A DNA stretch of 64,000 bases from Pandoraea sp. (lineage in GTDB: Bacteria; Pseudomonadota; Gammaproteobacteria; Burkholderiales; Burkholderiaceae), in the NCBI RefSeq assembly GCF_041919235.1, contig NZ_JAYRUC010000022.1, positions 22,138 to 86,137 on the forward strand. Direction: 5' to 3'. Below, in pieces: positions 38,526 through 49,841 of the stretch (positions are counted from its first letter, which is position 1; every line of letters begins with the position of its first letter). The notes beneath the pieces were generated by a model that made no database searches, was not told where the DNA came from, and saw only the letters and a program-made list of their open reading frames with translations. The position numbers and the translations under genes are program-made.

Positions 38526-41270
38526 ATGCTCAGAACCGACCTCGCAGGTGTCATCCAACGCTCCGACTATACGCCCCCGGCGTACCTGATCGACACCGTC
38601 CAACTCGACTTCGACCTTGCCCCCGATGTCACGACAGTCACCAGTCGAATGCGCGTGCACCGCAATCCGGCCGGTCCCGGCGGCGATCTCGAACTGGTGG
38701 GCCAAGGCCTGCAACTGGTAAGCCTCGAAGTCGACGGCAAGCCTTGGGCCGCCTACCGCACCGATGAGGAATCGCTCACGGTCGAAGCACCGCCCAACGC
38801 GTTCGAGCTCGCGCTCGTCACGCGCTGCCGACCGCAGGAGAACACGTCGCTCATGGGGCTGTATGTCTCGGGCGGCAACTTCTTCACGCAATGCGAAGCC
38901 GAGGGCTTTCGCAAGATTACGTACTTCCTGGACCGTCCGGACGTGATGGCGACGTACACCGTCACGCTGCGCGCCGATCGCGAAGCGTATCCGGTGCTGC
39001 TGGCCAACGGCAATCTGATCGACCAGGGCGACCTGCCCGACGGGCGTCACTTCGCCATCTGGGACGACCCCTTCAAGAAACCCAGCTACCTGTTTGCGCT
39101 GGTGGCCGGCCAACTGGTCTGCCGCGAGGAACGCATTGTGGCCGGCGACGGCCGCGAGAAGCTGCTCCAGGTCTGGGTCCAGCCGCAGGATCTGGACAAG
39201 ACCGCGCACGCCATGCATTCGCTCGTCAACTCGATCCGGTGGGACGAGGAGCGCTTTGGCCGCGTGCTCGACCTCGACCGCTTCATGATCGTGGCGGTGA
39301 GCGACTTCAACATGGGGGCGATGGAGAACAAGGGGCTGAACATCTTCAACACGAAGTATGTGCTGGCCGATGCCGCCACCGCGACCGACGACGACTTCGG
39401 CAACATCGAAGCCGTGGTGGGGCACGAGTACTTCCATAACTGGACCGGCAATCGCGTGACCTGCCGCGACTGGTTCCAGTTGAGCCTGAAGGAAGGCCTG
39501 ACCGTGTTCCGCGACCAGGAGTTCTCTGCCGACATGATGGGTTCCGAGTCGGGGCGTGCCGTCAAGCGTATCGACGACGTGCGCGTGCTGCGCCAGGCGC
39601 AGTTCCCCGAAGACGCCGGTCCGATGGCCCACCCGGTGCGCCCGGAGAGCTACGTCGAGATCAACAACTTCTACACGGTCACCGTCTACGAGAAGGGCGC
39701 CGAAGTCGTTCGCATGTATCAAACGCTGCTCGGGCGCGAGGGCTTCCGCCGAGGCATGGATCTGTACTTCGAGCGTCACGACGGTCAGGCGGTGACGTGC
39801 GACGACTTCCGTGCAGCGATGGCCGACGCCAATCGTCGCGATCTCACGCAATTCGGCCGCTGGTACAGTCAGGCCGGCACCCCGCGCGTGACGGTCGACG
39901 CTGCGTATGACGAAGCCGCGCGCACCTATACGCTCACCCTCACCCAGCGCTGCCCGAAGGTCGGCGTCGAGCTGCAGGACAGCACGCTCGTCAAGCAGCC
40001 GTTCCATATTCCGTTCGCGGTCGGCCTGCTCGATCGCGACGGTCGTGACATGGCGCTGCGCCTGGCCGATGACGCCGGCCACCCCATCGATGGACCCGCG
40101 CCCACCACGCGCGTGCTCGACTTCACGCAGGAGCGACAGCGCTTCACATTCGTCGACGTGCCGCACGCGCCGATGCCGTCGCTGCTGCGCGGCTTCTCGG
40201 CCCCGGTGATCGTCGAGTACGAGTGCACCATCGACGAACTGGCATTCCTGATGGCCAACGACAGCGATCCGTTCAATCGTTGGGAAGCGGGGCAGCGGTT
40301 GGCCACGCGTCAGTTGCTCGCGCTCGTCGAATCGATTCAGATGGGCGAATTGCCGAGTGTGGACAGCTACGTGCTCGAAGCCTTCCGCCAGGTGCTACGC
40401 GACGAAGCGCTCGATCCGGCGTTCCGCGCGCAGGCGCTCACGCTGCCGTCCGAGTCGTACCTTGGCGAGCAGATGACGGAAATCGACCCGGCAGCCATCC
40501 ATGCGGCGCGTCAGTATCTTCGCCAGCGTCTCGCGGCGTCGCTGCACACCGAGTGGCTCGCGGCTTATCACAACCATCGCGCGCCGGGGCCCTACCAGCC
40601 GGACGCGGCTTCCGCAGGCGAGCGCGCGCTCAAGAACCTCGCGCTGTCTTACCTGATGGAGTTGTCGGACGCCGGCACGGCGCAAACCGCACGCACGCAG
40701 TACGACGCCGCGGACAACATGACGGATCGTTTCGCCGCGCTCACCGCACTGGTGCATTGCCGCACGGGCGCCCGCGAAGGTGGCGCGGCGCAGGGCCACA
40801 AACAGGGCCACGCACAGGGCCACGACCACGCCGCCGAAGCGTTGGAGGACTTCTATCGACGCTTCGAGCACGAGCCGCTCGCCATCGACAAGTGGTTCGC
40901 GTTGCAAGCCATGCAACGCGGCGACGGCAGCCACTGTGTGATCGACGCCGTACGTGAGCTCATGCGCCATCCGGCCTTCACACTGAAGAATCCCAACCGC
41001 GCGCGTTCATTGATTTTCAGCTTCTGCAGCGGCAATCCCGCACAGTTCCATGCCGCCGACGGCTCCGGCTACCGGTACTGGGCCGAACAGGTGCTCGCGC
41101 TCGATGCCCTTAACCCGCAGGTTGCAGCACGTCTGGCGCGCGTGATGGACCGCTGGCGCAAGTACATGCCCGCTTTGCGCGAGCGCATGCGCGAAGCGTT
41201 GCAGGAAGTGTCGCAGCACGCGGCACTGTCGAAAGACGTCCGCGAGATCGTCGAGAAAGCACTGGCCTGA
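38526..41270 (+). CDS. pepN: Aminopeptidase N
   Basis: GAMEN and HEYFHNWTGNRVT...LKEGLTVF motifs (M1 zinc aminopeptidase). Confidence 0.95.
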   Translation: MLRTDLAGVIQRSDYTPPAYLIDTVQLDFDLAPDVTTVTSRMRVHRNPAGPGGDLELVGQGLQLVSLEVDGKPWAAYRTDEESLTVEAPPNAFELALVTRCRPQENTSLMGLYVSGGNFFTQCEAEGFRKITYFLDRPDVMATYTVTLRADREAYPVLLANGNLIDQGDLPDGRHFAIWDDPFKKPSYLFALVAGQLVCREERIVAGDGREKLLQVWVQPQDLDKTAHAMHSLVNSIRWDEERFGRVLDLDRFMIVAVSDFNMGAMENKGLNIFNTKYVLADAATATDDDFGNIEAVVGHEYFHNWTGNRVTCRDWFQLSLKEGLTVFRDQEFSADMMGSESGRAVKRIDDVRVLRQAQFPEDAGPMAHPVRPESYVEINNFYTVTVYEKGAEVVRMYQTLLGREGFRRGMDLYFERHDGQAVTCDDFRAAMADANRRDLTQFGRWYSQAGTPRVTVDAAYDEAARTYTLTLTQRCPKVGVELQDSTLVKQPFHIPFAVGLLDRDGRDMALRLADDAGHPIDGPAPTTRVLDFTQERQRFTFVDVPHAPMPSLLRGFSAPVIVEYECTIDELAFLMANDSDPFNRWEAGQRLATRQLLALVESIQMGELPSVDSYVLEAFRQVLRDEALDPAFRAQALTLPSESYLGEQMTEIDPAAIHAARQYLRQRLAASLHTEWLAAYHNHRAPGPYQPDAASAGERALKNLALSYLMELSDAGTAQTARTQYDAADNMTDRFAALTALVHCRTGAREGGAAQGHKQGHAQGHDHAAEALEDFYRRFEHEPLAIDKWFALQAMQRGDGSHCVIDAVRELMRHPAFTLKNPNRARSLIFSFCSGNPAQFHAADGSGYRYWAEQVLALDALNPQVAARLARVMDRWRKYMPALRERMREALQEVSQHAALSKDVREIVEKALA
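40791..40826 (+). repeat. In-frame 12-bp tandem repeat x3 inside pepN (QGHK QGHA QGHD)
   Basis: cagggccacaaa cagggccacgca cagggccacgac, read directly. Confidence 0.85.
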
Positions 41271-41319
41271 GCCGCGCTGCACCGACAGCGCCGACAGCAC
41301 CGAAGGCATCGCAAGTCCC

Positions 41320-41357
41320 CCAACGCCGCCGATGCGCAACCGTATCGGCGGCGTTGG
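41320..41357. terminator. 14-bp perfect-stem hairpin between convergent pepN and metE
   Basis: ccaacgccgccgat-N10-atcggcggcgttgg. Confidence 0.75.
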
Positions 41358-41413
41358 CGTTTGTGCCTCGATGCGTCACATGCGCTGCGTCACAAGCGAT
41401 GTGTCACGCGGCG

Positions 41414-43720
41414 TCACGCGGCCCGCGCCTGCGTGGGCGCCGCCGACAGACGCGCCCGCACAGCACGGGCGGCAGCGACCATATGGGCCAATGCCGCATC
41501 GACCTGCGCCCAGTCGCGGGTCTTCAAACCGCAATCGGGGTTGATCCACAGGCGCTCCGCCGGAATGTGCGCGAGCGCCGCCTCGATCAGGCGCTCCATG
41601 TCCGCCTGCGACGGCACGCGTGGCGAGTGGATGTCGTACACCCCCGGGCCGATCTCGTTCGGGTACGCGAAGGCCTCGAACGCGCCAAGCAACTCCATGT
41701 CGGAGCGCGTGGCTTCAATGGAAATCACGTCGGCGTCGAGCGCGGCAATAGACGGCAGAATGTCGTGGAACTCCGAATAGCACATATGCGTGTGGATCTG
41801 CGTGTCGTCGGCCACCCCGGATGAACACACGCGAAACGCCCGCACCGCCCACTCGAGATACGACGGCCAGTCGCGCGCGCGCAGCGGCAACCCCTCGCGC
41901 AGCGCAGGCTCGTCGATCTGAATCACGCGCACGCCTGCCTTCTCCAGCGCCGCCACTTCCTCGCGCAACGCCAGCGCGATCTGCAACGCCGTGCGTTCGC
42001 GCGGTTGATCGTCGCGCACGAACGACCATTGCAACATCGTCACCGGTCCGCTCAGCATGCCCTTGACCGGTTTGTCGGTGAGTTGCTGCGCGTAAGCGCT
42101 CCACGTGACGGTCATCGGCTCGGGCAGGTACACGTCGCCATAGATCACCGGCGGCTTCACGCAGCGAGAGCCGTAGCTCTGCACCCAGCCGTGCTCGGTG
42201 ATCGCGAAGCCCCAGAGCAGTTCGCCGAAGTACTCGACCATATCGTTGCGCTCGGCCTCGCCGTGCACGAATACATCGAGCCCATAGGCCTCCTGCTTGT
42301 CGATGGCCAGGCGAATCTGCGCGCGCATCGTCTCCAGATAATCCAGATGCGACAGCGCGCGGCGCTTGAAGTCGGCACGCGCCGTACGAATTGCCCCCGT
42401 CTGGGGAAACGAACCGATCGTCGTCGTTGGCAGCACGGGCAGCTTAAGCCAGGCACGCTGCGCGCGCGCACGCACCGGATAGTCGGACGCACGGCGCGCG
42501 TCGGCCGGCGTGAGCGCCGCCAGACGCTTCTGCACCACGCTGTTGCGCGTGCGCGGCGACGTACGACGCGCCGCCTGCGCCGCGGCGTCGGCCGCGAAGG
42601 CAGCCTGGACGTCTGCGCTTGCGAAGTCCGCCGCGTCGAGCGAGCGGCGCAGCAATGCCACTTCGCCGAGCTTTTGCACAGCGAACGCGAGCCACGCGCG
42701 CACTTCCCTATCCAGTCGCGCCTCGCTCGCCAGATCGACCGGGCTGTGCATCAGCGAGCAGCTCGACGCCACCCATAGGCGATCCCCGAGTTTCTCGGCA
42801 AGCGGCGTGAGCAATGCGCGTGTGCGCGTCAGATCGCAGCGCCAGACGTTGCGCCCGTCGACCACCCCGGCGCTGAGCACCTTGTCCTGCGGCCACTGTG
42901 CGGCGAATACGTCGAGCTGGTCCGGTGCGCGCACGCCATCGAGATGCACTCCGGCCACAGGCAGCGCAGCCAACATGGCCGCGTGCTCGCTGACATCGCC
43001 GAAGTACGTGGCAAGCAACATCGACGGCGCCACGGGCGCGAGGCGCCGGTAGGCCGGGGCGAAGGCGTCCACCCACCGCTCGGGCAAGTCGAGCGCGAGA
43101 ATCGGTTCGTCGACCTGCACCCACGTCACGCCTTGCGCCTTCAGGCGAGCCAGCACCCGCTCATATTGAGACAGCAGCTCGGGCAGCAACGAGAGACGAT
43201 CTGCCAGACCGCCCTTCTCCTTGCCCAGATACAGCAGCGAGAGCGGTCCGAGCAGCACCGGCTTGACGTTCTCGCCCTCGTTCAGCGCTTCGGCCACCTC
43301 GTCGAACAGCCATTGCGTGCCCGCGCCGAAGCGCGTCTGCGGCGAGTACTCCGGCACAAGATAGTGATAGTTCGTGTCGAACCACTTCGTCATTTCCATC
43401 GCGCCTTGCTGCGCGTTGCCCCGCGCGGCGGCGAAGTAGTCCGCGACGGTGAGCGCGGGCGGCACCGCGCCGAAGCGTGCCGGCAGCGCGCCGACCAACG
43501 CCAGGGTGGAGAGCACCTGGTCGTACCAATGGAAGTCTCCGACGGTGATCCAGTCGAGCCCCGCCTCGCGCTGCGCACGCCGGTTGGCCGCACGAATGCG
43601 CCGTCCGACCGACTGCAACGCTACGGCGCTCATCTCGCCACGCCAGAACGCCTCGACGGCAAATTTGAGTTCACGTTGCGCGCCGATGCGCGGCAATCCA
43701 AGTACGTGGGCCTGAGCCAT
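41414..43720 (-). CDS. metE: Cobalamin-independent methionine synthase
   Basis: Starts [28 protein letters not shown]. 768 aa, with the HMCYSEF motif. Confidence 0.95.
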   Translation of the reverse strand: MAQAHVLGLPRIGAQRELKFAVEAFWRGEMSAVALQSVGRRIRAANRRAQREAGLDWITVGDFHWYDQVLSTLALVGALPARFGAVPPALTVADYFAAARGNAQQGAMEMTKWFDTNYHYLVPEYSPQTRFGAGTQWLFDEVAEALNEGENVKPVLLGPLSLLYLGKEKGGLADRLSLLPELLSQYERVLARLKAQGVTWVQVDEPILALDLPERWVDAFAPAYRRLAPVAPSMLLATYFGDVSEHAAMLAALPVAGVHLDGVRAPDQLDVFAAQWPQDKVLSAGVVDGRNVWRCDLTRTRALLTPLAEKLGDRLWVASSCSLMHSPVDLASEARLDREVRAWLAFAVQKLGEVALLRRSLDAADFASADVQAAFAADAAAQAARRTSPRTRNSVVQKRLAALTPADARRASDYPVRARAQRAWLKLPVLPTTTIGSFPQTGAIRTARADFKRRALSHLDYLETMRAQIRLAIDKQEAYGLDVFVHGEAERNDMVEYFGELLWGFAITEHGWVQSYGSRCVKPPVIYGDVYLPEPMTVTWSAYAQQLTDKPVKGMLSGPVTMLQWSFVRDDQPRERTALQIALALREEVAALEKAGVRVIQIDEPALREGLPLRARDWPSYLEWAVRAFRVCSSGVADDTQIHTHMCYSEFHDILPSIAALDADVISIEATRSDMELLGAFEAFAYPNEIGPGVYDIHSPRVPSQADMERLIEAALAHIPAERLWINPDCGLKTRDWAQVDAALAHMVAAARAVRARLSAAPTQARAA

Positions 43721-43857
43721 GAGCGGGTGTCCTTCCGGGAGCGTGCGGTGGTTGCGGGGTCTTTGTCTGCGGACGATGTCCACTCAGGCTGGCAGTATCC
43801 CGGTCACACATGTATTATTCAAACGAAAGTTTTTGCCATTTATCATTAATTATTTTC

Positions 43858-44781
43858 ATGCAACGTACCCCCATCGAACTTCGTCACTTGCAGACGTTGC
43901 TCGCGCTGCGCGACACCGGCAGCGTGTCGCGCGCCGCATTGTGGCTGCACCTGACGCAGTCCGCGCTGTCACATCAGATCAAGGCGCTGGAAGATTTTTA
44001 TGGCTTGCCGCTGTTCGTGCGCAAGTCGTCGCCGCTGGTCTTCACGCCAGCGGGCAAGCGCCTGCTCGCGTTGGCCGAGGAGGTCGTGCCGGCGGTCGAC
44101 GACGCGGGACGCGACCTCACGCGACTGGCGCAAGGCACGCAGGGCACGCTGCGCATTGCGGTCGAGTGCCACACATGTTTCGATTGGCTGATGCCTGCAA
44201 TGGACGCGTTCCGCATTCGCTGGCCGGAAGTCGAACTCGATATCGTGTCGGGCTTTCACGCCGATCCCATCGGACTGCTGCACCAGGATCGCGCCGATCT
44301 GGCGATCCTCTCGGAGCGAGAGGACGGTGAGGCGGTCGACTTCCATCCGCTGTTCCGCTTCCAGATGATCGCGCTCATGGCGAACGACCATCCCCTCGCG
44401 GGCAAATCGCATCTCGACGCGGAGGACTTCCGCAGCGAGACGCTCATCACCTATCCGGTCCCCGACGACATGCTCGACATCGTGCGTCAGGTCCTGCGCC
44501 CCGCAGGGGTCGAGCCGACGCGCCGGACCACCGAGCTGACGGTGGCGATTCTGCAACTGGTCGCCAGCCGCCGTGGGCTGGCCGCCCTGCCGCTCTGGGC
44601 GGTCACCGGCTATCTTGAGCGACGCTATGTGAGCGCGCGTCCGATCACGCCACAAGGGCTCACGGCCGAACTGTGGGCGGCGACGTTGCCGGCGATCACG
44701 GCGCGGCCGTACATCGGCGAGTTCGTGTCGCTCATGCGCGAGACGAGTCTGCTCACCCTGCCGGAGATCGAACTGTTGTAA
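43858..44781 (+). CDS. metR: LysR-family regulator, MetR-like (divergent from metE)
   Basis: Contains IELRHLQTLLALRDTGSVSRAALWLHLTQSALSHQIKALE. Position is divergent from metE. Confidence 0.8.
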   Translation: MQRTPIELRHLQTLLALRDTGSVSRAALWLHLTQSALSHQIKALEDFYGLPLFVRKSSPLVFTPAGKRLLALAEEVVPAVDDAGRDLTRLAQGTQGTLRIAVECHTCFDWLMPAMDAFRIRWPEVELDIVSGFHADPIGLLHQDRADLAILSEREDGEAVDFHPLFRFQMIALMANDHPLAGKSHLDAEDFRSETLITYPVPDDMLDIVRQVLRPAGVEPTRRTTELTVAILQLVASRRGLAALPLWAVTGYLERRYVSARPITPQGLTAELWAATLPAITARPYIGEFVSLMRETSLLTLPEIELL

Positions 44782-45344
44782 ACGGTGTCGCGCAACCAGT
44801 TTCCGAGACAGAATGCGGGCGCGGTAGCGTGGCGGCGGTCGAGCGGGTCCGTCGGACCGATCGTCGAACGGACGGGGCGCCAGCCCCCCACCACGCCGTG
44901 TAATACCCCGCCAGAGCGCATATCAATGTCCCTTGATCCCTCAACGCCATGACCGCCCGGCGCGTTGCCTTATCGCCCAGCCGCCGAGTCAGCGGCCACC
45001 GACGGGCGCTTTGGACAAGTCGAACCTGACGAGGCGTCACGCCAGCGCGCCCAGGAATCTTTGGGAAAATTCCGAAATATCGATGTTACAAATTGCGCCA
45101 CACCGCAACCTGCGGTGATGCGTCTTCGCAGATCACATCGGCACCTGTCGGGTCAACTAGATTACAAACGCGCCCTCGGCTGGGACAACGTGATGCCGAT
45201 GACGCGCGTACGAAACGCTGACCGCCAACCGCCGATCAACCACGGAGGGGAGCCGGTTCGCGTTGCGTATAACGGTGCTTCAACGTCGACGCGCGAACTT
45301 GCGCACTCGCAGCTTTGCGCGCCATTTCCAGAGGAGTTAATGCC

Positions 45345-45608
45345 ATGGCGTTCAACAACGTGGGGCCTCTGACATTCCTGAGCCCCAACCAGTCTGCCTA
45401 TTGGTGGTATGTCCGCAACGGCGGTGAGGATTTCGGCACGCAATTTGCGAGCGCCGATGTCAAGACACCGAATTCCGGCGGCGTTCATCGCGCTGACAAT
45501 CAGCGTAAGGAGAAGGAGAACAACGGCCACACCACGTACTTCGTGACTATTACGAACCTTGGGCCGGGCGGTGCCTGGCATAACCTGCAAGGCGGGGGGG
45601 TGGTATGA
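45345..45608 (+). CDS. Hypothetical small protein (87 aa)
   Basis: AGAGGAG lies upstream of the ATG. GC-rich third positions. Translationally coupled to the next ORF. Confidence 0.5.
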   Translation: MAFNNVGPLTFLSPNQSAYWWYVRNGGEDFGTQFASADVKTPNSGGVHRADNQRKEKENNGHTTYFVTITNLGPGGAWHNLQGGGVV

Positions 45609-45808
45609 AGATGATCGTCATCGTCAACAAGCAAGGGGAGCTTGTCGCCGCGCAACAAGGCGACGGCAGCGTACGCGGTCAAGTGGCCGGCATCGCCGCC
45701 GGACCCGATCAGCACTCGCACATCATCGACGTCCCGGACGACGTGGTGAAGCTGGCCGATCCGCATGCGTTCGCTTCACGCATCGCCTCACTCGTGCCGC
45801 GCGCTTAA
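45605..45808 (+). CDS. Hypothetical small protein (67 aa)
   Basis: The ATG overlaps the upstream stop (GTATGA). The upstream GGGGGGG could serve as an SD. Confidence 0.5.
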   Translation: MKMIVIVNKQGELVAAQQGDGSVRGQVAGIAAGPDQHSHIIDVPDDVVKLADPHAFASRIASLVPRA

Positions 45809-45910
45809 GGCGGCACGCTTTCAACGGCAGTGCCCCGCCGCTCCCCGAGGATCGGTTTTTTTCGCGGAGCGGTGGGTCGCCGGCGAGCCGACAGATCGCG
45901 CAGCGCCGAA

Positions 45911-46816
45911 TCACGCCTTCTGAGCGAGAAAGTTCAGTAACGTCGCGGCCGCTGCGTTCAGTCGGTCCTGCCCGAGGGACACGAGCCAGAGCTGGCGGTG
46001 CGCCCATTCGTCGGTCAGGGGCCGCACGACCACGTCGAGTTTGCCGACATACAACTGACCGACCTGTTCCGGAGCGATGGCGATGCCCAGGCCCGCATGC
46101 GCCATGCGGCATAGGGCGTCGAGACTGGAGACACGAATCTTGATGCGCAACGACGCACCCGCAGCGCTCGCCTGCTGATGCAGCAACTGCGTGAGCGCGC
46201 TGTTGCCTTGCAGCCCCACGAGTGTCTCGCCCACGCAGGCCGAGAACGGAATTTCGCCAGAGCGCGACGCCAGCGGATGCCCCACGGGCAGAATCATCGC
46301 GAGCCGATCGCGGCGATATGGCAGCATCGTGAAGGCTTCGATGCCCTCGATGGCGTTGCAGATGCCCACGTCGACGGCCCGCTCGGCCACGCGCTGGAGC
46401 ACTTCGTTAGTGTGCTGCTCGTCGAGTTCGACGTCCACGGCGGAGAACACCCGACCGAACGCGGCGAGGTCTTCCGGCAGGAACTGCACGATGGCCGACA
46501 GATTCGCGGCCATGCGCACGCTGCCGCGCGCCCCTTCGTGGAACTGCGACAACTCCGCGCCGAGCGATTCGATGGTGCCGAGAATGCGCTCGGCGTAGCG
46601 ACGTACCGTCTCGCCCACCGGGGTGACGGTGATGCCACGCTGATGGCGCTCAATGAGGGGGAGCCCGACGATCGCCTCGATGTCGGCAATGCGCCGGCTG
46701 ATGGCCGACGGTGCAATGAATTCGCGCTCGGCGGCGCGGGCCATGCTTCGCTCCTGGCAGACGGCCACGAACAGGCGCAAAGAGGTGAGGTCTAGCTTGC
46801 GAAGAAGGTTTTCCAT
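45911..46816 (-). CDS. LysR-family transcriptional regulator
   Basis: Contains LTSLRLFVAVCQERSMARAAEREFIAPSAISRRIADIE. Divergent from the ATCase-like gene. Confidence 0.85.
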   Translation of the reverse strand: MENLLRKLDLTSLRLFVAVCQERSMARAAEREFIAPSAISRRIADIEAIVGLPLIERHQRGITVTPVGETVRRYAERILGTIESLGAELSQFHEGARGSVRMAANLSAIVQFLPEDLAAFGRVFSAVDVELDEQHTNEVLQRVAERAVDVGICNAIEGIEAFTMLPYRRDRLAMILPVGHPLASRSGEIPFSACVGETLVGLQGNSALTQLLHQQASAAGASLRIKIRVSSLDALCRMAHAGLGIAIAPEQVGQLYVGKLDVVVRPLTDEWAHRQLWLVSLGQDRLNAAAATLLNFLAQKA

Positions 46817-46950
46817 ACCCTGCGGCAATACACCGGAAATGCCGGAAACGCCCGGCTGGCGCGGCCCCTTGCGGGGCACGTCTTTTGCTGGACAAACGAC
46901 GAATCGACGCCTATTATACGCATCGCGTACACATCCCTGCCGACCCGACC

Positions 46951-48234
46951 ATGAGTGCACAGCAGACTTTCCTGCGCGACGCGATGCGTCGCCTGAATAT
47001 GACCCGCGACAGCTTCGCCGAGCGCATTGGCGTTCGTCGGCGCGCCCTCGACACTTGGCTGCTGCCGGAGGACTCGAGCGAATATCGCACGATGCCGAGC
47101 ATCGTGGAGAAATTCGTCGGCGAAATCCTCGGTCGCGAGGCGCCCTCCTCAGAATCTACGCAAAGCGCACACAAGCCGCTGCGCGAACGCATGGGCCTCG
47201 ACGGCAAGCCACATTTGATCTCGGTCGATCAGTTCTCGCGCGATTCGCTCGAAGCGCTGTTTCACGTCGCCGATATCATGCAACCGATCGCGCGCCGACA
47301 GAAGATCTCGCGCGTGCTTGAAGGCGCGGTACTCGGCAACCTGTTCTTCGAAGCGAGTACCCGTACCCGGGTGAGCTTCGGCGCGGCCTTCTGCCGCCTT
47401 GGCGGCTCGGTGTGCGACACGACCGGCTTCACGTTCTCGTCGATGGCCAAGGGCGAATCGATCTACGACACAAGTCGCGTGATGAGCGGTTACGTCGACG
47501 CGCTCGTCGTGCGTCACCCGGAAAAGGGCTCGGTCGCCGAATTTGCCCGCGCCACGAACATTCCCGTCATCAACGGCGGCGACGGTCCGGGCGAACACCC
47601 CAGTCAGGCGATTCTCGACCTGTACACCATCGGCCGCGAGTTCTCGCGCCTGGGCAAGCTGGTCGACGGCGCCCACGTTGCGATGGTCGGCGATCTGCGC
47701 TACGGCCGCACGGTGCACTCGCTCATCAAGTTGCTTGCGCTGTATCGCGGCCTGAAGTTCACGTTGATCTCGCCGCCGTCGCTGGAAATGCCGGGGTACA
47801 TTCTCGATCAGATCTCGCAGAACGGCCATGTGATCGTGCAGAGCAACTCGCTCGCCGATCTGGCCGGTGCCGACGTGGTGTACGCCACTCGCATCCAGAA
47901 GGAGCGCTTCGCCGACGAGGCCATCGAGGGTTATACGCCGGACTTCCAGATCAACGAGGCGCTCATCAATCAGTATTGCGACGCCCGCACGATCATCATG
48001 CACCCGCTGCCGCGCGACAGCCGCCCCGGCGCCAACGATCTGTCCACGGATCTGAATCACGATCCGCGCCTGGCGATCTTCCGTCAAACGGACAATGGCA
48101 TTCCGGTGCGCATGGCAATTTTCGCGATCCTGCTCGGCGTCGACAAGCAAGTGCAGCACAGCATGCGCGACGCGGCTTGGCGCTCGCCCTCGCACGTCGG
48201 TCCCGACGACGCATTGTTCGACGGCCTCGACTGA
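46951..48234 (+). CDS. Aspartate carbamoyltransferase catalytic-chain paralogue with a ~88-aa N-terminal extension
   Basis: STRTR, HPSQ and HPLPR motifs are intact. The N-terminal segment LNMTRDSFAERIGVRRRALDTWLL looks HTH-like. Confidence 0.85.
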   Translation: MSAQQTFLRDAMRRLNMTRDSFAERIGVRRRALDTWLLPEDSSEYRTMPSIVEKFVGEILGREAPSSESTQSAHKPLRERMGLDGKPHLISVDQFSRDSLEALFHVADIMQPIARRQKISRVLEGAVLGNLFFEASTRTRVSFGAAFCRLGGSVCDTTGFTFSSMAKGESIYDTSRVMSGYVDALVVRHPEKGSVAEFARATNIPVINGGDGPGEHPSQAILDLYTIGREFSRLGKLVDGAHVAMVGDLRYGRTVHSLIKLLALYRGLKFTLISPPSLEMPGYILDQISQNGHVIVQSNSLADLAGADVVYATRIQKERFADEAIEGYTPDFQINEALINQYCDARTIIMHPLPRDSRPGANDLSTDLNHDPRLAIFRQTDNGIPVRMAIFAILLGVDKQVQHSMRDAAWRSPSHVGPDDALFDGLD

Positions 48235-48385
48235 TCTGCCAAATCTCGGACGACACCGAGGTGTTCGTCGGCCACATCTGAAATTGCGCTGCCCCCAAGG
48301 ATTTTTCGCGGGGGCAGTGCGTCTTTACGAGTAAAATTGCGTCCATATCGAATCGGCACGCTATTTTGCTTTTCCGGAGGCCCAC

Positions 48386-49399
<1,014 letters not shown>

Positions 49400-49580
49400 G
49401 GCGGGGTGGGAGCGTCGCCGCGAATGCCGTGCGTGGTCGAAAAATCCCGGATAAGACACGAAGCGCAGGATTTCTGCAGTTTCAAGGATTTACGCGTAAC
49501 GCACGCAGAGACAGCAAAAAATCTCTGAAAAAAGTGGTGACAATCGCGGAAATTCTGCTATTATCTCACTTCTTCGCAGC

Positions 49581-49656
49581 GCCGGAGTAGCTCAGTCGGT
49601 AGAGCAGCTCATTCGTAATGAGAAGGTCGGGGGTTCGATTCCTCTCTCCGGCACCA
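49581..49656 (+). tRNA. tRNA-Thr (anticodon CGU)
   Basis: Folded by hand. Perfect 7-bp acceptor stem GCCGGAG/CTCCGGC, D arm GCTC/GAGC, anticodon loop TTCGTAA, T loop TTCGATT, encoded CCA. Confidence 0.95.
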
Positions 49657-49663
49657 GCGACTT
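49643..49663 (+). repeat. attL core (tRNA-Thr 3' end + 7 nt)
   Basis: tctctccggcaccagcgactt. Repeated at 62041-62060 with one G missing. Confidence 0.8.
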
Positions 49664-49688
49664 AAATCGTTGGGTATGACGAAGTCCT

Positions 49689-49725
49689 AAAAACCCGCAT
49701 AAGCATTAGCTTTGCGGGTTTTTTG
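49689..49725 (+). terminator. Hairpin + T-run after tRNA-Thr (inside the element's left arm)
   Basis: aacccgca-N13-tgcgggtt followed by tttttgtt. Confidence 0.7.
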
Positions 49726-49841
49726 TTATCTCGCGAGGTACCATGCAATGCCCCCTAATCTCGACCAATCTGGGGGCATTTTTGGGGGCATAACGGAGCC
49801 CCCTGCGACCGATGCCCCCAAACCGGCATGGAGTCGTAATC

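Noticed and set aside
38325-40166. The upstream 614 codons of the 816-aa minus-strand ORF 37716..40166
   Set aside because: This part is antisense to pepN and not protein-like. The real gene is only the terminal lipoprotein segment starting at 38324.
43721-43857. Expected cobalamin riboswitch upstream of metE
   Set aside because: The metE-metR intergenic region is only 137 bp and lacks the B12-box. Regulation here is more plausibly MetR-dependent only.
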